Below, one piece after another: positions 8,697-18,388 of a stretch of 51,433 nucleotides of DNA. The position numbers and the translations under genes were made by a program. The notes beneath the pieces were generated by a model. That model was not told where the DNA came from. It made no database searches and was given only the letters and a program-made list of their open reading frames with translations. Each line of letters opens with the position of its first letter. Position 1 is the first letter of the stretch. This stretch comes from Oscillospiraceae bacterium (lineage in GTDB: Bacteria > Bacillota > Clostridia > Oscillospirales > Ruminococcaceae), in NCBI GenBank assembly GCA_029062865.1, contig JAIDPG010000234.1, positions 1-51,433 of the forward strand. Direction: 5' to 3'.

Positions 8697-8797
8697 TTTG
8701 TGCATTTATACAAAATCTTCGATTTGGTGTAATATTTGCAAAAAAAATCTGTCTATAAAGACAGAAGGGGAAATTTTGGCAGGACAAAATGGGGAGT
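8697..8797 (+). promoter_or_regulatory. ECF-like promoter region, copy 1
   Basis: TGTAAT(8728)-16-TGTCTA(8750), collinear with 14374-14478. Confidence 0.5.
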
Positions 8798-8827
8798 GAT
8801 TCCCCGCAACATTACAGGAGGTTTATT

Positions 8828-9205
8828 ATGAAAAAAACTTTAAAAATGGCTGTATCAGGCGTGTTGGCTTTGACAATTGCCGGAGGTGTTGCGTCCTCTG
8901 CTTCAGCTGCAACAACGCCAGGGTCATTAGTTATGTATCATAACATTCAAGGAGGACCATCGCAGCTTACGGATTCGTGCACAATCGCGAGGAATCCAAT
9001 AGATAATTTATATGATGCCGACTGCACATATCTATATAATGCGAAGCCAACCATTACTGTGTATGGAAAAGAAACTAATATCACTCATACCGGTTCCAAC
9101 TATTTTACAATACCTAATGCTGGGTCAACTATTTATATCACTGGGAAGCTGAATACGATTGACAACAGTGATTACTCAAGAGCAAATATAAATATCGGTT
9201 ATTAA
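8828..9205 (+). CDS. Small secreted protein (125 aa), candidate Sec-dependent bacteriocin or effector
   Basis: RBS AGGAGG, signal peptide ending ASA, two Cys, more AT-rich than its neighbours. It heads the lipoprotein/ABC cassette. Confidence 0.75.
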   Translation: MKKTLKMAVSGVLALTIAGGVASSASAATTPGSLVMYHNIQGGPSQLTDSCTIARNPIDNLYDADCTYLYNAKPTITVYGKETNITHTGSNYFTIPNAGSTIYITGKLNTIDNSDYSRANINIGY

Positions 9206-9211
9206 CGCCTG

Positions 9212-9242
9212 TTATCCCGGCGTACTTGGTACGCCGGGATAA
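9212..9242 (+). terminator. Intergenic hairpin (attenuating or stabilising)
   Basis: ttatcccggcgtac-ttg-gtacgccgggataa perfect inverted repeat. Confidence 0.5.
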
Positions 9243-9266
9243 TTTAAAAAAGGAGGAAACTGTACT

Positions 9267-10484
9267 ATGCTCAAAAAAACCGTTTGTCTGACCTTAACCG
9301 CCGCGCTTCTGCTTCTCGCGGGCTGCGCGAAGAACGAGCCCGCGGGCTCGGAAATGAAAACCCTCGCCGAGATACGCGCGGAGAAAGAAAACATCGTCGA
9401 GATCGCGAAAAAATACGACAATCTCGACCTCTCGAAGACCTATTTTTATGTTCCCGACGTCGACAAAATTGAAAATTTTTCAATATTATTCGGCATGCCG
9501 ATCGAGGACAAGGAGAAGCTGCTTCTTGAAACCGCCAACTGGGTAATTCCGGGCTCGTCTAACGAAAATGATATTCTCTATTTTACATACGACGCCGAAT
9601 ATAACTTCGTTTATATTCCGTACTCGGATTGCAAAAACGACCCGCAGCGAGGCGAACTCGATGGACTTTTTTGCAGGAACGATAAACTGGATGTGTCGAT
9701 AAATATCGGCGGAAGCTGGATCCTTGCTGCGAATAACGCGGTGGACGATCTGGTAAGCACTTCAAGAGGCACGCCGCGTTATATTGATGGTCAAGACCCC
9801 GCGGAGGAATATAATCATCTCGCGGGAGACACCGCCGACGCACGCGTAGAGCTTCAGGACGGGGAGATGCTCGTGTCTGACACTGTTGAAATTCTAAAAT
9901 CGAATTTCGAAAATTCCCCGCTGAATATCGATGAGCTTAAGCTTACGCCTCGAAAAACGGGAGTGTATAACGTAGGAAAAAAGTACGGCGTTTGCACGTA
10001 TTTCCTGCAGGAATATAACGGGGTTTTGCTCGATTATCATATTTACGACAAAAATATCGAAACCGGGGAGCTTGAGGATGAAAAAAAGTACGTTTCCATA
10101 AGCATGGCAATGGTCTGGAAAAACCAAACCGATCAGCTTTACGGAGCGGATATAATCAGCGAGGTAAAACCCTCGGGCGACAGCTTTGAGGAATTTGTTT
10201 CGCTTGAGAGCTTCATTTCAATGATGTCCCAAAAGCTCACCGGGGGAAGTCGATTCGCAATTGACACCGTGGAGCTTCTTTATGAGGTTGACAACATTCT
10301 ACCCGACAATTATTCGGAGCTGTCCTTCGAGGAAAAAGCATTGCTCCACCATACAGGTCGTTTCTGCCACCCCATGTGGGTCGCATACATCTCAAACAGT
10401 GGAATAACGGACGCTCCGCAGATGTGCGTGACGGCGGATGCGGTTACGGGAGAATTTAATCTTTACAGGTCTTGGACTGTATGA
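9267..10484 (+). CDS. Lipoprotein, paralog 1
   Basis: Lipobox LAGC, RBS AGGAGG, C-terminal PMW...ADAVTGE motif. Confidence 0.85.
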   Translation: MLKKTVCLTLTAALLLLAGCAKNEPAGSEMKTLAEIRAEKENIVEIAKKYDNLDLSKTYFYVPDVDKIENFSILFGMPIEDKEKLLLETANWVIPGSSNENDILYFTYDAEYNFVYIPYSDCKNDPQRGELDGLFCRNDKLDVSINIGGSWILAANNAVDDLVSTSRGTPRYIDGQDPAEEYNHLAGDTADARVELQDGEMLVSDTVEILKSNFENSPLNIDELKLTPRKTGVYNVGKKYGVCTYFLQEYNGVLLDYHIYDKNIETGELEDEKKYVSISMAMVWKNQTDQLYGADIISEVKPSGDSFEEFVSLESFISMMSQKLTGGSRFAIDTVELLYEVDNILPDNYSELSFEEKALLHHTGRFCHPMWVAYISNSGITDAPQMCVTADAVTGEFNLYRSWTV

Positions 10485-10511
10485 ATGATCTTATCACAAA
10501 AGGAGTTCGCT

Positions 10512-11729
10512 ATGCTCAGGAAAATTATATGTTTAACCTTAACCGCCGCGCTCCTACTCCTCTCGGGCTGCGCGAAGAACGAGACCTCGGGCTCGGAAAT
10601 GAAAACCCTCGCCGAGATCCGCGCGGAAAAGGAGAACGTTTCCGAGCTCGCCGAAAAATGCCCTAACCTTAACCTCACGAACACGTATTTTTATGTACCC
10701 GAGGTTGACAAGCTGGGCGGGTTTACCGTTGATCTGACTGCCCCGGTAGAGGAACGGGAAAAGCTCCTTTTCGACACTGCCGAATGGCTTGTCGGCGGCA
10801 CTCCCGATGAAAGCGAGCTGTATTATTGGAATTCCCGGGAATTCAAGCGGATTCCATACGCGGAATGTAAAGACGATCCCAATAGAGCCGATTACTTTTC
10901 GATCGATTATAGATCCGACAAAATAGATATGGGCATAGAATTATGGGGAAGCATTTATTTCATTTTCAAGGATTACGAAGATGTTCCGATGACGGATACG
11001 GGAAATTACAATTGGATATTCAGCGTTCAGGATACTCCTGTCAAGAAATACGATCTTATTGCGGGAGAAAACGCCGACGAGGTCTTTGAGCTTCAGGGCG
11101 GAGAGATAAGCGTTAAAGACGCGGTCGAGATTATGAAGTCCGAGCTGGAAATTTCGCCGTTTCATCTTGACGGTCTGAAGCTTCATCCAAAACAAGCGAG
11201 CGTATATAAGCTTGGCGGGAAATACGCGGTAAACACGGTATTTTATTACGAGTATAACGGCGTTTTGCTGGATCATCATTATTACTCGACTAACCTCGAA
11301 ACGGATGAATATGACTTTATCAAAGACTACCTCACCGAGGATACTTCAATGGCGAGAAACGATCGTATAGATCAGCTTTTCTATGCAAGACTCGGCAAAT
11401 TTAAACCCACGGACGAAAGCTTTGACAAGTTTATTTCATTGGAGCGTTTCCTTTCGATGATGTCCGAGAAGCTGACGGGAAATAGCAGATTTACAATAGA
11501 TTCGGTGGAGTTGCTTTACGGCGTCGAACGTATTTACCCCGAGGGCTTTGAAGCAATAACAAAGGACGAAAAGGTCGCCACCCACCCTTCGGGCTTGAGA
11601 TCGCGCCCGATATGGGTAGCATACCTTTCTCAAACGGGTATACAGGACGCGAAGCAGATGTGCGTCTGGGCGGACGCTCTCACGGGAGAGCTGAAACTCT
11701 ACTATGGACAGGAGGCAAGCGAGCATTAA
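10512..11729 (+). CDS. Lipoprotein, paralog 2
   Basis: Lipobox LSGC. Shares the N-terminus (GSEMKTLAEIRAEKEN) and EYNGVLLD, MMSxKLTGxSRF and ADAxTGE with paralog 1. Confidence 0.85.
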   Translation: MLRKIICLTLTAALLLLSGCAKNETSGSEMKTLAEIRAEKENVSELAEKCPNLNLTNTYFYVPEVDKLGGFTVDLTAPVEEREKLLFDTAEWLVGGTPDESELYYWNSREFKRIPYAECKDDPNRADYFSIDYRSDKIDMGIELWGSIYFIFKDYEDVPMTDTGNYNWIFSVQDTPVKKYDLIAGENADEVFELQGGEISVKDAVEIMKSELEISPFHLDGLKLHPKQASVYKLGGKYAVNTVFYYEYNGVLLDHHYYSTNLETDEYDFIKDYLTEDTSMARNDRIDQLFYARLGKFKPTDESFDKFISLERFLSMMSEKLTGNSRFTIDSVELLYGVERIYPEGFEAITKDEKVATHPSGLRSRPIWVAYLSQTGIQDAKQMCVWADALTGELKLYYGQEASEH

Positions 11730-11731
11730 CT

Positions 11732-12559
11732 ATGAAAGCTTTTTTGACAAATTTCAAAAGATTGCTCAACGTGCGGACGGTTTTGTGTATCGCGGCGGTT
11801 ACGCTGCTTTGCTTTTTCTCGCACATGGAAACGGGCGGCTATGAAAACCCGCCGACGCTTCTGGAGCTTACCGCAAGGGCGTTTGCGGGCGACAACAAGC
11901 ACGGCTATACGTTCCAACAAATCCTATCCGCGTATGACTACAGCTTCTGGTTCTATATCGTCCTGCCCGTTGTCCTCTCAATGCCCGCCGTCTCGGATTT
12001 TTACGAGGAATGGTTCAGCGGCGGACATTTCCTGAACGTCCACCGCCAACAAATCTTCAAATACTGCGCGGCGAAATCGGCGGCGTACGCACTAAACGCC
12101 GCGGCGGTGTTCCTCGCGGGCTTCGGGATTTTCGCGGCGGTAGAGTGCGCGGCGTTCCCGCTCGAAAGCGCCGCGGAGCTCGACAAGTTCTACGCGTTCC
12201 CCGCGGTCGCAATGCGGATTTTAAATGTCACCGCGGCAGGCGCGCTTTGCCCGGTCATCACGGTGTTGATTCTCATAATTATAAAGGAAAAGTTCCTCGC
12301 GCTGAGTATGCCGATGCTTGTGAATTACGCGACGTCGCTTATCGGCGGGTTTCTAGTCGCGCGCTCGTACAACGAGGACAAGCCGATTTTGAGGCAGCTC
12401 GCATATCTCCTCCCGCGCTATCAGTTCTCGCAGGCGAGCGGCTTCAAATCGACGTTTGGGCTGACGTTTTACGTGTGGTATCTCGCGTGGGCGGCGGCGT
12501 TCGCGCTGTGCGTTTTCTGCTTTGTATTACTCGTGAAAAGGAGGATTAAGCGTGGTTAA
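11732..12559 (+). CDS. ABC transporter permease-like membrane protein
   Basis: About 6 hydrophobic segments, in an operon with an ABC ATPase. Confidence 0.75.
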   Translation: MKAFLTNFKRLLNVRTVLCIAAVTLLCFFSHMETGGYENPPTLLELTARAFAGDNKHGYTFQQILSAYDYSFWFYIVLPVVLSMPAVSDFYEEWFSGGHFLNVHRQQIFKYCAAKSAAYALNAAAVFLAGFGIFAAVECAAFPLESAAELDKFYAFPAVAMRILNVTAAGALCPVITVLILIIIKEKFLALSMPMLVNYATSLIGGFLVARSYNEDKPILRQLAYLLPRYQFSQASGFKSTFGLTFYVWYLAWAAAFALCVFCFVLLVKRRIKRG

Positions 12560-13388
12560 GTCGTCGTTTCTGTTCGCGTGGGAGCAATACAAATCGTGGC
12601 TGATAAGCCCGCGTATCCTCCTGGCGGTTTACATCACGATTTTCATCAACGAAAACATCACAAAGAAAATGCTCGCGATATGTACCGAGGTCGGCTATAA
12701 GATAAACCTCGCCGAGCCGCTCGCGCTGATCTTCTCAAAAAGCATTTACACCGTGATAATACCGATAGTTTTCATCGCGCTGATGACGGATTTCCCGCGC
12801 ACGGAGGGCAGCGTTTTTTACGTTTACCGAATGTCGCGGAAAAGCTGGGTTCTTGGCGAGCTGTTGTTCGCAGCCGCTTCGTCGCTGACTTATGTAATAT
12901 CGCTCGTTTTGGGGACGCTGCTTTACTGCGCGGGAAAATGCGACTTAAGCAACACGTGGAGCGACTTCACGACCAAGCTCTACCTCGACTACCCGGACAT
13001 CTACGCGCAAAGCACGAGTCTCGCGGTGGAGAGCTCGGTGTACACGCAAGGAAAGCCGCTCGAAGTGATTCTCCACTCGATGGCGCTGATTTTCCTGTAC
13101 ACGATGATCTTAAGCCTTGTGATAATGCTGTTCAAGCTGCTGAATCGCGGCGAAATCGGGATAATTTCGGCGGTTGCGATCACGCTTTTCGGGCTCGCTA
13201 CGGACAGCGGCGCGTCAAAGGTGATGTGGGCGTTCCCGATTACGCACACGGTTTTCGGCTGGCACTACGACCGATTTTTCCGCGCGCAGAATTTTACGAT
13301 CCTCGGCTCGTACATTTACCTCGCGGCGCTTCTTGTCGCGCTTGTAATCTTGAATTTCATCGTTTCAAAGAAAGTGAGGTTTTCGTAA
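12552..13388 (+). CDS. ABC transporter permease-like membrane protein
   Basis: About 6 TM segments, overlapping start/stop coupling. Confidence 0.75.
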   Translation: MVKSSFLFAWEQYKSWLISPRILLAVYITIFINENITKKMLAICTEVGYKINLAEPLALIFSKSIYTVIIPIVFIALMTDFPRTEGSVFYVYRMSRKSWVLGELLFAAASSLTYVISLVLGTLLYCAGKCDLSNTWSDFTTKLYLDYPDIYAQSTSLAVESSVYTQGKPLEVILHSMALIFLYTMILSLVIMLFKLLNRGEIGIISAVAITLFGLATDSGASKVMWAFPITHTVFGWHYDRFFRAQNFTILGSYIYLAALLVALVILNFIVSKKVRFS

Positions 13389-14020
13389 TGATTGCTGTAC
13401 AAAATGTCAGCTTAACGCTCTCGAAAAACAGAATTTTGGAGGATATCAATGTCGATTTCAGCCGTGGAAAAATCCATGGTCTTATCGGCAGAAACGGCAG
13501 TGGAAAGACAATGCTGATGAAGTGTATCTGCGGCTTTGTAAAGCCGACGAGCGGCGAGATCATTGTAAACGAAAAGCGCATCGGAAAGGACTGCGACTTC
13601 CCGGAGAGCGTTGGAATAATCATCGAAACGCCGGGATTTATCCCGTATTATTCGGGCTTCAAAAATCTCAAATTGCTTGCCGATCTGCGCGGGAAAATCT
13701 TCCACGAAACAATTCGCGATACGATGACTAAAGTCGGTCTTGACCCGAATTTAAAGCGCCACGTCCGCAAGTATTCGCTCGGTATGCGGCAGCGACTTGG
13801 GCTTGCTCAGGCGATAATGGAAAATCCCGATTTGCTTATCCTCGACGAGCCGATGAACGGCTTGGATAAGGACGGCGTAAAGGATATGCGGCAGTATCTC
13901 CTTGACTTGAAGGCGCAGGGCAAAACGATACTTATCGCTTCACACTCCGCTGAGGATATCGACGTGCTTTGCGATACGGTCTGCGAAATGGATAAGGGCG
14001 TTTTGACAGTTGTCAGATAA
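13388..14020 (+). CDS. ABC transporter ATP-binding protein
   Basis: Walker A GRNGSGKT, signature YSLGMRQR, Walker B LILDEP, TAATG coupling at 13386-13390. Confidence 0.93.
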   Translation: MIAVQNVSLTLSKNRILEDINVDFSRGKIHGLIGRNGSGKTMLMKCICGFVKPTSGEIIVNEKRIGKDCDFPESVGIIIETPGFIPYYSGFKNLKLLADLRGKIFHETIRDTMTKVGLDPNLKRHVRKYSLGMRQRLGLAQAIMENPDLLILDEPMNGLDKDGVKDMRQYLLDLKAQGKTILIASHSAEDIDVLCDTVCEMDKGVLTVVR

Positions 14021-14030
14021 ATATTCAATC

Positions 14031-14162
14031 TTGACATTGCTCACTTTACCCGAACGGCAGCGGGCTGTTTACAAATTACGCATTATAACGGATCTGTCGA
14101 TCAGTGATATTGCCGCGCAATTGAAATGTTTTATTTGAACGGTTCCACAGGACAGGTTATAA
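14031..14162 (+). pseudogene. Sigma factor region-4 remnant
   Basis: Reads LTLPERQRAVYKLRIITDLSISDIAAQLKCFI*TV..RL, matching the LPxxQRxVxxLRxxxxLSxxxIAxxL pattern. Confidence 0.6.
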
Positions 14163-14373
14163 TTATAAATCAAAAAGTTCCTGACGTATTACAATACCGA
14201 AAAAAAGAGATTTGAGGAAAATGATATAAACGGCATAACGGTATTGTTTATAGATTTAAGCAGCATGCCCGGGTTCCTTGGAAAACGCTCTTAAAGCGGG
14301 GACTTTTTCATATCTCAATAGAATTCGCGCTCCGGAAATGACCGGTCAATATTACCAAAAACGCAGTTCTCAC

Positions 14374-14478
14374 TTTGTGCGTTTCCACCAAATCCGAAAA
14401 TCCGCGTAAGATTTGCGCAATAAATCCGTCAATATAGGTAGAAAGGGAAATTTAACGGCAAATTTATATATGGGGAGT
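14374..14478 (+). promoter_or_regulatory. ECF-like promoter region, copy 2
   Basis: CGTAAG(14405)-16-CGTCAA(14427). Offsets match copy 1, and tttgtgc, atttgc, gggaaattt and atggggagt are shared. Confidence 0.5.
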
Positions 14479-14546
14479 TGCGTTGACTAAGATTTAATAT
14501 ACAGATAACTGCCGGCCGGACGGGGGATTTATTAACGGAGGAACCA

Positions 14547-15863
14547 ATGAAACATAAGATCATAGCGCCGCTTCTCGCTTGTATAGCCCTGCTTTGCGGC
14601 TGCAATAAAAATAATTCGCTGACGTCGGGAACAACCTCGATAATCGGCGAGGAGAGCCGCGGCGCGCAGCAATTCGCCGATTTTGTAGGAGAATACCCCG
14701 AAAATCCGATTTCCGTCCTGACGTTAAGCGAGGACGAAATTCGTCAGGCAATAAACGCTCAGTCGAATTTCAGCTGTACGGAAAATCTGTGGGTAAATAT
14801 CCCCGAAAGCGCCTCGGTATACGAATTTAATACCTACGGTGTGCACGTTCCGCAGTTTGATTATCCCGCGGCTCAATACAAAAAGGACTTTGAGGCGCTT
14901 TTCAGCTATCTGTTTCCCGGCAGGGAGATCGATCCGAATTGCCTGAAATACAGCAAATATCTAGGCTATGACTACGAGAAACAGGATTATATTTTCGACG
15001 AGGGCTATGTGCGTGATAACGAAAAACTGCCGGACGGCGTGAATTTTATTTATGACGGCGATGTGTATCTGGAAACCAATTCCGAGATCGGTGTCGGCTC
15101 GGGGCTTGTGAACAAGGGCGAGGCGGCGAAAATCGCTTTTAATGACGCGCCCGACACTTTGTCTTATTTTGAGCCGGGCGATTATTTTGAAAGCGTCGGA
15201 ATATATTCTCCGCAAAGCGAAAAAAGCTTCCCGCTGCTTGACGGCGAAATGAGAATTTGCGACGCGGTTGCTTTCTTTGAGGACTACGTAAACAACGCGC
15301 CGATTTCAACGGGGTTGCAAAGGAATATCCGCACTCGGGTTTATAATGTCGAGGTGCTGAAGGTCAACGATAAATACGGATATTATTTCACGACGGTTGC
15401 GGAGTTTCGGGGCGTAGGGTATGAGCCTGTAATTTACGGCACGGTTTCCGAGTATTCCTACGACCCGACGCGCGGCGAGGCTTTTATGATAAGGCGCGGC
15501 GACATTGATTACATTCACTGCTTTTACGGCAGCGAGTGGACGTTTGACGTAAAGCCCCGCGGCGAAATCGTTCCAGTCGAGACGGCAATAAAAAACATCA
15601 GCGGCAAGCTGACCGCTGCTGTGACGTTTGACGTTATCTCAATCGAATTCGTTTATGTGCGGCAATTTGTCAAGGACGAGCAGGGGCACATCAACATCGA
15701 CACCTACGAGGCGAAAATCACCCCTGCGTGGAGAATAACGGCGGGAAACTCAAACGACAATCACACATATATGTGTTATGTGGACGCCGTGGACGGCGAT
15801 AATTTCAGGTTCTACACAACTCCCGGCATAGTAAGCTTCAGTCGGAGCGCCGAGGACGCTTAA
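14547..15863 (+). CDS. Lipoprotein, distant paralog 3
   Basis: Lipobox LCGC. LLDGEMRICDAV, EFRGV, KLT..F...SIE and PAW...VDAVDG correspond to motifs in paralogs 1 and 2. Confidence 0.8.
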   Translation: MKHKIIAPLLACIALLCGCNKNNSLTSGTTSIIGEESRGAQQFADFVGEYPENPISVLTLSEDEIRQAINAQSNFSCTENLWVNIPESASVYEFNTYGVHVPQFDYPAAQYKKDFEALFSYLFPGREIDPNCLKYSKYLGYDYEKQDYIFDEGYVRDNEKLPDGVNFIYDGDVYLETNSEIGVGSGLVNKGEAAKIAFNDAPDTLSYFEPGDYFESVGIYSPQSEKSFPLLDGEMRICDAVAFFEDYVNNAPISTGLQRNIRTRVYNVEVLKVNDKYGYYFTTVAEFRGVGYEPVIYGTVSEYSYDPTRGEAFMIRRGDIDYIHCFYGSEWTFDVKPRGEIVPVETAIKNISGKLTAAVTFDVISIEFVYVRQFVKDEQGHINIDTYEAKITPAWRITAGNSNDNHTYMCYVDAVDGDNFRFYTTPGIVSFSRSAEDA

Positions 15864-15909
15864 CGGAGACCCGGATAAGAGCCGCGGGAATTATGTAAGC
15901 CAACGAAAA

Positions 15910-15933
15910 AAGAGCCAAGAAATCTTGGCTCTT
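15910..15933. terminator. Hairpin terminator
   Basis: aagagccaaga-aa-tcttggctctt. Confidence 0.6.
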
Positions 15934-16055
15934 AATTTAGGCAACACCGCACAATTACGCCCTTCGGGCTTTGTCGGCGTTTGCTTGCAAATTTTCCGCC
16001 ATAGGGTTGACCGAAGGTCAGCCCGTGCACAAATCCTCCTCGAAATATGTCAGTA

Positions 16056-17220
16056 TTACTTCGTCGGATTTGCACAAGCGTTTTGCTGAAGGCATAATGC
16101 GCTGACAGGAAAAATTTGCCGGCGCAAACGCTCGACAATAATTGTGCGGTGTTGCCTAAGAAAGTCGTGAACTTTCCTTGCCGCGTCGATAATGTGCGGC
16201 GGAGCGATTATGTAACCCAGCTGCCAGACCGTGATCGAATAGGTTTTCGACAGCGACGAGCAGGAGATCGTCCGCTCGTACATTCCGGGCAGCGACGAAA
16301 AATAAACGTGCGTGTTCGGCTTGTAGATTATATGCTCGTAAACCTCGTCGGTGATCACAAAAACGTCGTATTTCTCGGCGAGCCCGGCGATGAACTTCAG
16401 CTCGTCATACGTGAAAACCTTTCCGCACGGATTTGACGGGTTGCAGAGAATAAGCGCCCTTGGATTTTGCGCGAACGCCTGTTCGAGGGCGTTTCTGTCA
16501 AAGCCGAATTCGGGAGGAATAAGCGGCACGTAAATCGGCTCCGCGCCCGAAAGAATTGCGTCCGCGCCGTAGTTTTCGTAAAACGGCGAGAACACTATAA
16601 CCTTATCTCCGGGATTCACGACGGTCATCATTGCCGCCATTATTGCCTCGGTGCTGCCGCAGGTGACGACAATTTCCGAGTTCGGGTCGATGCTTCTCCC
16701 CATTAGCCGCGACTGTTTCTCCGCAAGCGCCTCGCGGAAATTCTGCGCGCCCCATGTTATCGAGTATTGATGAAAATCCTCGCGCGTTACCTCGGTAAGG
16801 CGGTCGAGAATCTCGCGCGGCGTTTCGCGGAGGTAATATTTGCGCTTTGAAACGCCGATGCCGTGCTCGCCCGAGGTCACTCCGCCAAGCTCGTATGCCT
16901 TGCCGTAGATCCGTGACATAACCTCGTGGAGCTTTTCGCGCCACTCCTCGTCGGAGCGCTCTCCGCGGACTACGCACAGATGCACGTTTCCGTCGCCCGC
17001 GTGCCCGAAGCTCACCATACGCACGCCCGTTTCGTTTTCGACCTTTTTGACGAATTTGATAAACTCCGCGGTTTTACTGATTGGCACGACGATATCCACC
17101 GGCTCCTGCTCCGAGGTCGCCTCAACAGCCTTGACGAGCGCTCCGAGAACCTTCCGGATATCCTCCAGCAAGATCCCGGGCTCGACAGTCGCGGTCATTG
17201 TATTTCTGTCGAGCTCCAGA
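16056..17220 (-). pseudogene. Chimeric remnant: GlcD-like FAD-linked oxidase fragments fused in frame to an internal class I/II PLP aminotransferase fragment
   Basis: TVEPG, FGHAGDGNVH and SGEHGIG (FAD oxidase), then LCNPSNPCGK, VITDEVYEH and SLSKTYS (aminotransferase). Junction at PRE, ~16812-16820. Both parts are truncated. Confidence 0.8.
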
Positions 17221-17430
17221 CGTTTATTATCTTGTCGAGAATCTGGAAACGACGCGCTGCCGCAAAATGCCGCAGTCCTTCGTCACGGTGAGAATTACGC
17301 CGAGCGCCAGCCCGCACACAAACATCACCGCGCCCGACCACAGTGTCATCCGAAGCGTCTGCAAAATGCTGTCGAAAAGCCTGCTTGTGTTCGCCATAAC
17401 GTGCGGGATAATTTTATTCAGAAGTTCCAC
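17221..17430 (-). pseudogene. metI: Methionine ABC permease N-terminal fragment
   Basis: SILQTLRMT...GLALGVILTVT...GIL then, after a shift, LDKIINV. Truncated against the oxidase fragment. Confidence 0.7.
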
Positions 17431-17670
17431 GTTTTACCACCTCCACGGCAACGTTTTTTTCTATCAGATATTTCACCGCCTCGGTGATTTTCTCGCGCTC
17501 TCGGCTTATCACCGCGACTGTGCCGCCTATCGGCGCGCCTTGAACTATATCCACGTCCGCGAATACGATATTCAGCAAAACGCCGAATTTCCGCGTCACC
17601 GCCGAAATAAGAGGCTCGGAGACGATCCGTTCGGTGTACGTGAGCTTCACGACAATGTCGTTTTCTCCAA
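17414..17670 (-). pseudogene. metN: Methionine ABC ATPase C-terminal NIL-domain fragment
   Basis: VKLTY...EPLISAVTRKFGVLLNIVFADVDIVQG..IG directly upstream of the metI fragment; the ATPase domain is absent. Confidence 0.7.
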
Positions 17671-17806
17671 AATGTTTTTTCCTTGCAGTACGGGAGATAA
17701 GGCTTTTTCTTTTCGGGTGATTGACTTTTTCAATAGGGTGCAGTATAATATTGGGTATAGAGGAAAGCACTCGGCTTACCCGCATAAATCGGAGTTTAAG
17801 GAGGAA

Positions 17807-18171
17807 ATGAAAATGATATCGGTTTTTTAACATCCGAGAAGTTGATTGAACAATCAAATTGGACTAATCTGTATGTTGTGTGTGACGATAATAAAATCAT
17901 TGGTTGCGGTGCAATCGGTCCATACTGGGGTAAGGAAGATGAAAGCAGCTTATTCACAATATTTGTACTTCCCGAATATCAAGGCAAAGGAGTTAGACGA
18001 AAAATTATTGAAACTCTGGAAGAAGATGAATATTTTTTAAGAGCAAGGAGGATTGAGATCCCTTCCTCTATAACAGCCGTAGGTTTTTATAGAAAAATGG
18101 GATATGATTATAAAAATGGTATTGCGGAATTGAATGACGAAAAGCTCTATTGTTTGGAAAAGTTCAGATAA
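17807..18171 (+). pseudogene. GNAT acetyltransferase lacking its N-terminus
   Basis: IFVLPEYQGKGV, AVGFYRKMGY. RBS plus ATG17807 is out of frame with the body (ENDIGFLTSEKL...). Confidence 0.7.
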
Positions 18172-18272
18172 ATTCCGGTTTATCTCAGCAAGTCAATTAA
18201 CCTTAGTTTAACGGCACACTAATTTCCCGTTCCGCACAAGACAAAAATCCAAGCGCAATCATAAATTTCCCG

Positions 18273-18302
18273 CCCCTCGGCAAATGTCGAGGGGATTTTT
18301 TT
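18273..18302 (+). terminator. Intrinsic terminator
   Basis: cccctcg...cgagggg followed by a T tract. Confidence 0.65.
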
Positions 18303-18312
18303 ATTATTCCTC

Positions 18313-18364
18313 TTGACATTCCCGAATGAATATGTTATACTGTATATAGACTAATATGAACAGT
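18313..18364 (+). promoter_or_regulatory. sigmaA promoter with overlapping GntR/YtrA-type operator
   Basis: TTGACA-17-TATACT; inverted repeat actgtat...gaacagt overlaps the -10/+1 region. Confidence 0.65.
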
Positions 18365-18388
18365 CAACCGGGAGGCGGCTATGAAGCA

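Noticed and set aside
17198-17830. 210-aa plus-strand ORF
   Set aside because: Antisense to the recognisable metN and metI fragments.
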